From Planctomycetota bacterium (GTDB taxonomy: Bacteria > Planctomycetota > UBA1135 > UBA2386), in NCBI GenBank assembly GCA_046290465.1, contig JBKAGP010000001.1, positions 3,232,001 to 3,296,000 of the forward strand: a DNA stretch of 64,000 nt, given 5' to 3'. Position numbers and translations under genes: made by a program. Shown here piece after piece: positions 58,762-64,000 of the stretch (the first letter of the stretch is position 1; each line of letters begins with the position of its first letter). Below the pieces are notes generated by a model. That model was given only the letters and a program-made list of their open reading frames with translations. It made no database searches and was not told the origin of the DNA.

Positions 58762-58870
58762 GGCAGAACGATCGCACGAGCGTGCGGGCACGGCAATCGA
58801 ATCCGCCAACGCAGCTGCGTTGCACCGACGGCCGACGCGCCTATCCTTCCCCGGTCGCGCCGACGCCGCC

Positions 58871-60031
58871 ATGGAGTTCCACAGTTCGCTAGCCGAGTCC
58901 CACGACCTCGCCGAAGCCTGCGACACGGTGGCCAGCGAACTGCGCCGTCACCTCGGCACGGCACCGCTCGATCTCGCCGTCGTGTTCGCATCGGCCGACT
59001 ACGGCGCAGCCCTCGACGGCCTGCCGGTGATGCTGCACGAACGGATCGCAGCCCGCACGCTGATCGGCTGCACCGGCGCGGCCCAGCTGCACGCGACCAG
59101 CATGTGCGAGGGCACCCCCGCGCTGTCGGTGATCGCCGGCCGGATGCCGGCCGCCGAGGTCGCCGCCTGCGCCGTCGGCAACGCCGACCTGCCGCACGCC
59201 GACGCGCCGCCGGCCGACTGGCGGCGCCTGCTGCCCGAGCTGTCGTCGCCGATCCGCGGCGTGCTGGTGCTCGGTGAGCCGTTCCACTTCGACATGCGCC
59301 CGCTGCTGTCCGGCCTCGACTTCGTGCTGCCCGAGGCGCCGAAGGTCGGCGGCCTTGCGAGCGGCAGCCACCACCCACACGGCAACGCGCTGTTCTGCGG
59401 CCGTGAGCGCATCGGCCAGGGCGCCGTGATGCTGGCGATCGCCGGCGACGTGCAGGTCGCGCCCGTGGTCGCGCAGGGCTGCCGGCCGATCGGCCGCCCG
59501 GGCCGCATCACCAAGGCCGATCGCAACCGGCTCGCCTCGGTCGACGACCTGCCCGTCAAGACCTTCGTCGAACAGCAGCTGCAGGGCCTCGCCTCGCACG
59601 AACTCGAACTCGCCGAGGGCAACCCGCTGTTCCTCGGCATCGCCAGCGACCCGTTCGCGGTCGAGGAGCCGACCGCTGGGGACTTCCTGGTGCGCAACGT
59701 GCTGGGCATCGACAGCGACGGCCACCTCGTCGTCGGCGAACACCTGTCGGTCGGCCGCTCGGTGCAGCTCCACCTGCGCGACGGCGACGGCGGCCTCGAC
59801 GACCTCGAAGCGCAGCTGCGGCGCGTTGGCGCCGACCGCGCCGGCGCCGCGCTGATGTTCCGCTGCATCGGACGCGAAGGGCTCGACCACCAACGGTTCC
59901 GCAGCCTCGCGCCGGAGGTGCCGCTCGCCGGCTGCACCTGCAACGGCGAGATCGGCCCGGTCGGTCGGGTCACGCACATGCACGGCTACACGGCCTCGTG
60001 CCTGCTGCTGCGCGAGGGCGCGCCCGCATGA
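58871..60031 (+). CDS. FIST (FIST_N/FIST_C) sensory domain protein
   Basis: LIGCTG, VGGLAS, VAQGCRPIG, FLVRNVLG, CIGR, GEIGPV and HGYT motifs. Confidence 0.92.
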   Translation: MEFHSSLAESHDLAEACDTVASELRRHLGTAPLDLAVVFASADYGAALDGLPVMLHERIAARTLIGCTGAAQLHATSMCEGTPALSVIAGRMPAAEVAACAVGNADLPHADAPPADWRRLLPELSSPIRGVLVLGEPFHFDMRPLLSGLDFVLPEAPKVGGLASGSHHPHGNALFCGRERIGQGAVMLAIAGDVQVAPVVAQGCRPIGRPGRITKADRNRLASVDDLPVKTFVEQQLQGLASHELELAEGNPLFLGIASDPFAVEEPTAGDFLVRNVLGIDSDGHLVVGEHLSVGRSVQLHLRDGDGGLDDLEAQLRRVGADRAGAALMFRCIGREGLDHQRFRSLAPEVPLAGCTCNGEIGPVGRVTHMHGYTASCLLLREGAPA

Positions 60032-61713
60032 GCTCACCTCGCCCACGCGTGCAGATCGCGGCGCTGGTGCGCACCTGGCTGCTGCTCGACTTCTTCGGCG
60101 ACGCCCGTCGCTCGGGCGGCGGCCACGGCAGCAGCCTGACGACGACGATCATGTGGCAGTCGCTGCTCGCGTTCGGGTTTGCGATGCTGCTCTACCCGGA
60201 CGTGCCGGTGATCCCGTTCGTCGCCGCCAACCTGTGCCTGTCGACCCTGTTGATCGGCATCGGCTCGCTCGGCGACGAAGAACGTCCGCTGCGGCTCGCC
60301 GCCGACGAGACCCTGCTCGCCGGTGCGCCGGTCTCCAACACGACCGTGGTGCTGGCGCGCAGCGGCCACGCGGCGTTCCACCTGGTGCTGGTGACGACCG
60401 GCATGGCGATCTCGCCCGCGATCCTGCTCGGCCACCTGACCGGCGATCCGCTGCAGTCGCTCGGCTACGTGCTCGCCGCGTGCGCCTGCACCGGCCTGAC
60501 CAATGCGGGCCTGGCGACGATGCGCGCGCTGCTGACGCGGATGTTCGGTGCCGCGCGCGCGACGCTGGCGATGGGAACGACCAAGGCGGCGCTGCTCGGC
60601 GGCGGCTTCGTGCTGTTTGCGCTCGCGCTGCGCACACTCGAGGGCACCGCCGACGACCTGCCGATCGGCCGCATCGGCGCCGAACTGCTGCCGCCCTACC
60701 ACGCGGCGCGGCTGCTCGCGGCCCCCGGCGGCGAGTCCTGGCGGTTGGCGCCGTGGCTGCTGCTGGTCGCTGCGATGCTGCTGCTCAACGTGCTGCTGCG
60801 CGCCGACAACGCCTCGGGCCGCACGCGGATCCGCGGCCGCCAGCCGCTGCTGCGGCTGCTCGCCGCGATCTCCGGACGCGGCCCGCGACTCGGCATCGCC
60901 GAGTTCGTCGCGCTGTCGATGTGGCGCAGCGCCGGCTTCCGCGCGCGCGTGCTGCCGCTGCTCGGGCTGCCGGCCGGCATGGTCTTCCTGACGCTCGGCG
61001 GCGACGACGGCGACGACTTCGTGCTGCTGTGCCTGCTGCTGATGCTGCCGGCGATCTACCTGCCGTTCCTGATCGCGTTCCTGCCGCGTGCCGATCAGGC
61101 CAAGACCGGCTGGGTGTTCGCGCACGCGCCGCAGCTGTCGCGCGACCTGGTCTCGGACGCGACCTGGCGCGCGCTGACGACCCACGTGCTGGTGCCGACC
61201 TACGGCATGGCGCTGACCCTGGTGGTCGCGTTCGGACCGGACCGACTCGACCGCGGTGCGGGCGCGGTGTTCGCGTTCGCGATGGCGGTGCTCGCCGCCG
61301 AACGCATGGCGAACCTCGACCGGGTGCCGTTCAGCGACGACCGCGAGGAGGACCGGGGCCTCGAACTCGGCAACCTGATGGCAGGCGCGCTGGCGCTCGG
61401 CGTGCTCGGCACGGCGTTCGGTGCGGGCGTGCCGGCGGCGCTGCGCTGGCCGGTCGCGGCACTGGCGCTGATCGGCGCGACGCTGCGGCTGCGCCGCCTG
61501 CCAGAACCCGACCCGCGCCTGCTGCTGGCCGACGCGAGCGACGAGAACCTGCCGGCAGCGCCCGCGGCGCCTGCGCCGGCCGAGACCGACGGCGACGACC
61601 CCCTGCCGACGCCAGCCGAGCCGACCCTGGGACGCGAATTGCGTGCCGTAGCGGTGCTCTATGTCGTGCTTTGCGTGCTCCCGTGGCTCGCGGGCGCCGT
61701 CTTTGCGGCATGA
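60028..61713 (+). CDS. Multi-TM membrane protein (possible ABC-type permease)
   Basis: About 12 or more hydrophobic segments; ATGA overlap with the FIST gene. Confidence 0.65.
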   Translation: MSSPRPRVQIAALVRTWLLLDFFGDARRSGGGHGSSLTTTIMWQSLLAFGFAMLLYPDVPVIPFVAANLCLSTLLIGIGSLGDEERPLRLAADETLLAGAPVSNTTVVLARSGHAAFHLVLVTTGMAISPAILLGHLTGDPLQSLGYVLAACACTGLTNAGLATMRALLTRMFGAARATLAMGTTKAALLGGGFVLFALALRTLEGTADDLPIGRIGAELLPPYHAARLLAAPGGESWRLAPWLLLVAAMLLLNVLLRADNASGRTRIRGRQPLLRLLAAISGRGPRLGIAEFVALSMWRSAGFRARVLPLLGLPAGMVFLTLGGDDGDDFVLLCLLLMLPAIYLPFLIAFLPRADQAKTGWVFAHAPQLSRDLVSDATWRALTTHVLVPTYGMALTLVVAFGPDRLDRGAGAVFAFAMAVLAAERMANLDRVPFSDDREEDRGLELGNLMAGALALGVLGTAFGAGVPAALRWPVAALALIGATLRLRRLPEPDPRLLLADASDENLPAAPAAPAPAETDGDDPLPTPAEPTLGRELRAVAVLYVVLCVLPWLAGAVFAA

Positions 61714-61794
61714 AGCTGGCGAACCGGGCTTCCCCCCGTTGTCACCGACTTCGCCGATCCCTACCCTGGGGGTTCTTCAGCCAAAGGAGCACCC

Positions 61795-62025
61795 ATGAAC
61801 GCCAAGACCGAGGTGATTCGTCAGGCCGCTGCGATGAGCACTGCTGACGATGGACTTGCGGCTGAGGGGGGACCGGACGACCAGACGACGCGCGCGCCCC
61901 GCGCCGCCGACGACCATGCCGACGCCGCACCGCAGCGGGTCAGCGTGGACCCGATGCGATCGACGGATCGCTACCGCCTGAGCCTGCCCGGCTCGGACGT
62001 TGCGCCCAACGGGCGATCCAACTGA
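61795..62025 (+). CDS. Small hypothetical protein
   Basis: AAGGAG RBS before the ATG; low-complexity product. Confidence 0.5.
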   Translation: MNAKTEVIRQAAAMSTADDGLAAEGGPDDQTTRAPRAADDHADAAPQRVSVDPMRSTDRYRLSLPGSDVAPNGRSN

Positions 62026-62070
62026 CGGCCGCCGTTCAGCCGCCGTCGAGCGAATGCCGATGGCGCGCAC

Positions 62071-62415
62071 ATGCAGCACCGTGAACGCAGAAGGTCGACC
62101 CGCGTGCGCGTCGTCGCGGTGGCGACCCTCGAGACCCAGGGGGCGCTGAGCTCCAACGACCAGGCCGTCTGCACCGTGCAGGACCTGTCGCGCACCGGGA
62201 TCGGACTCGAGACCGGCCAGCCCCCCATCAAGGGACAGGCGGTGGTGCTGCGCATCTCGCTCGACGACGAGACCCACGAACTGCGAACGCGCGCCGCCCG
62301 CGTGCAGGTGCAGCCCGACTCGCACTTCTACCGGATCGGTCTCGACTGGAGCGCCTGCTCCCGTTCCGAACTGGCGTTCTTGGATCGCGTGCTCGGCGTG
62401 CTGCAGGAAGGCTGA
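62071..62415 (+). CDS. PilZ domain protein
   Basis: RxxxR (ERRRSTR) and DxSxxG (DLSRTG) c-di-GMP motifs; YRIGL. Confidence 0.85.
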   Translation: MQHRERRRSTRVRVVAVATLETQGALSSNDQAVCTVQDLSRTGIGLETGQPPIKGQAVVLRISLDDETHELRTRAARVQVQPDSHFYRIGLDWSACSRSELAFLDRVLGVLQEG

Positions 62416-62420
62416 GCCGC

Positions 62421-63440
62421 TCAGCCGACGTCGGGCACCAGGTCCTCGAACTCCTTCGGCAGCGGCGCCTCGATCGTCATGTCGCGCCCCTGCTTGGGAT
62501 GGAAGAACGTCAGCGACGACGAGTGCAACGCGTGGCGATCGAGCACCAGGGCCTCGCGGCCGGCGTCGTCGAGCTGGCCGGCGATGCCCTGCAGGAACAG
62601 CTGCTCGTCCGCGCCGTACAGCTTGTCGCCGACCAGCGGGCAGCCGATCGCCGCCATGTGCACGCGGATCTGGTGGGTCCTGCCGGTCTCGGGGCGTAGC
62701 TCGACCAGCGAGAACCGTTCGTTGCTGCGCACGACGCGGTAGTTGGTGACCGCCGACTGGCCGCTGCTGGACTCGCAGGTCGTCAGCTTGAGGCGCACCG
62801 CCGAGCTCTTGTCCGGCACGATGCCCCGATCGACGACGCCCTCCGGTCGGGCCGGGCGACCGTGCACGACGGCCAGGTAGCCCTTCTGCACGAGGCGGTC
62901 CTCGAACTGCTTGCGCACCTGATGGTGGAAGTGCTCGTCGAGGCCGACCGCGACCACGCCGGAGGTCTCGAGGTCGATGCGGTGCAGCAGGCGCGGCACG
63001 ACGTCGTACTCGGGCTGGTCCGGACGCCGGTAGCGACGGTGCAGTTCGTGGATCAGCGTGCCGTGCAGGTGACGCCCCGAAGGGTGCACGGCCATGCCGG
63101 GCGGTTTGTCGACCGCGATCATGCACTCGTCCTCGTAGAGGATCGGCAGATCGAAGCGCGCGTCCGGGTTGGGCTGCGCGACCGGGTCCTGCGGGATGTC
63201 GACCTCGATCGTGTCGCCGGCGCGAACCTTGCGCGACGGCGGCACGACGCGCCCCTGCAGGCGCACCTGCCCCTGCTCGATCATGCGTGCGATGCTCGAT
63301 CGCGATCGCCAGGTCAGCACCGCTGCCAGCGCGAGGTCCAGGCGCTGTCCCGCGGTGCGTGCGTCCACGAGGACGCGGACCTGTTCGAGCGGCTTGCTCA
63401 GGTCACGTGGACCTTCGCCGGGATAGCGTGGCAGGGACAC
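62421..63440 (-). CDS. RluA/RluD family 23S rRNA pseudouridine synthase
   Basis: S4 domain (GQRLD), DKPPGMAVHP, HRIDLETSG, TGRTHQIRVH and GDKLYG motifs. Confidence 0.93.
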   Translation of the reverse strand: MSLPRYPGEGPRDLSKPLEQVRVLVDARTAGQRLDLALAAVLTWRSRSSIARMIEQGQVRLQGRVVPPSRKVRAGDTIEVDIPQDPVAQPNPDARFDLPILYEDECMIAVDKPPGMAVHPSGRHLHGTLIHELHRRYRRPDQPEYDVVPRLLHRIDLETSGVVAVGLDEHFHHQVRKQFEDRLVQKGYLAVVHGRPARPEGVVDRGIVPDKSSAVRLKLTTCESSSGQSAVTNYRVVRSNERFSLVELRPETGRTHQIRVHMAAIGCPLVGDKLYGADEQLFLQGIAGQLDDAGREALVLDRHALHSSSLTFFHPKQGRDMTIEAPLPKEFEDLVPDVG

Positions 63441-63468
63441 GGGCCGCTCGAGCCGTCGGCTCGACGGA

Positions 63469-63876
63469 CTACGACTCCGAAGGAGTCGCGGCCGCGGCGG
63501 GCGCCGCGCTGGGAGCCTTCGCGGCGTCCGAACCAGGCGTGGTGTTCGCGGCAGCTTCGCTCGCGGCCTTCGTGTCGAGCGTCGTGTCGGCGGTCAACGG
63601 ATCGAAGTCCGGCTGGTTGTCGCGGCGCTCCTTGCCCTTGCCGCCGCGCGTGCGACGCTTCTTGCTGCGGCCGCCCGAGACGCCCTGGCGCTTCCGTTCG
63701 GCCATCATGATGTTGCGCTCACGCTCCCGACCCTCGCGGCGACGCTTGTCACTCGACTTCTCGTGGTAGGCGTGCTTCTTGGCGAGACGGAAGATGCCGG
63801 CGTAGTTGCACTGGCGCTTGAAGCGGCGGAGCGCAGCCTCGAGCGGCTCGTTCGGGCGGACCTGGACGCGAATCAT
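63469..63876 (-). CDS. rpsU: 30S ribosomal protein bS21 with a long C-terminal extension (135 aa)
   Basis: MIRVQVRPNEPLEAALRRFKRQCNYAGIFRLAKKHAYHEKSSDKRRR. Confidence 0.88.
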   Translation of the reverse strand: MIRVQVRPNEPLEAALRRFKRQCNYAGIFRLAKKHAYHEKSSDKRRREGRERERNIMMAERKRQGVSGGRSKKRRTRGGKGKERRDNQPDFDPLTADTTLDTKAASEAAANTTPGSDAAKAPSAAPAAAATPSES

Positions 63877-64000
63877 GCGGAGGGAAGGGAGGTGGAAGGA
63901 AGTAGGCTGACAGTTGCCCGCGCGGCTCCATGGCGCCGCTGGAGAGGCTGACGTATCGTTGCCAGACCTTCCCGATGGACGGACGAAAGGGCGCAACACC

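Overview
This is a high-GC (roughly 70% by eye) bacterial chromosomal window of about 55 genes. It is most likely from an uncultured Planctomycetota lineage, inferred from expanded prenyltransferase/squalene-cyclase-repeat proteins and many large secreted hypothetical proteins. It contains a partial aromatic-CoA monooxygenase, a small exopolysaccharide cluster, housekeeping genes (pepP, rarA, trmH-like, otsA-otsB fusion, trxB, double-domain thyX, rluD-like, rpsU), a collagen-like fibre protein with a partner gene, an hcrCAB-like molybdoenzyme, a NemR-like TetR with operators controlling an RND pump, and a second TetR operon with palindromic operators. The top finding is a gene missing from the ORF track (19029-19331, +). 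It encodes a 100-aa lipoprotein with a CopZ/MerP (HMA) fold whose first metal-binding Cys codon is an in-frame TGA (U-A-S-C), followed by a SECIS-like hairpin, making it a candidate selenoprotein metal chaperone. Also present are a 41-bp perfect inverted repeat with a related sequence 20 kb away, a 4x16-bp tandem repeat, two single-base frameshifts, recurrent leaderless-type -10 boxes and an anti-SD-like tract before rpsU. No rRNA, tRNA, CRISPR array or transposase was seen. All calls come from reading the sequence; no database searches were run.
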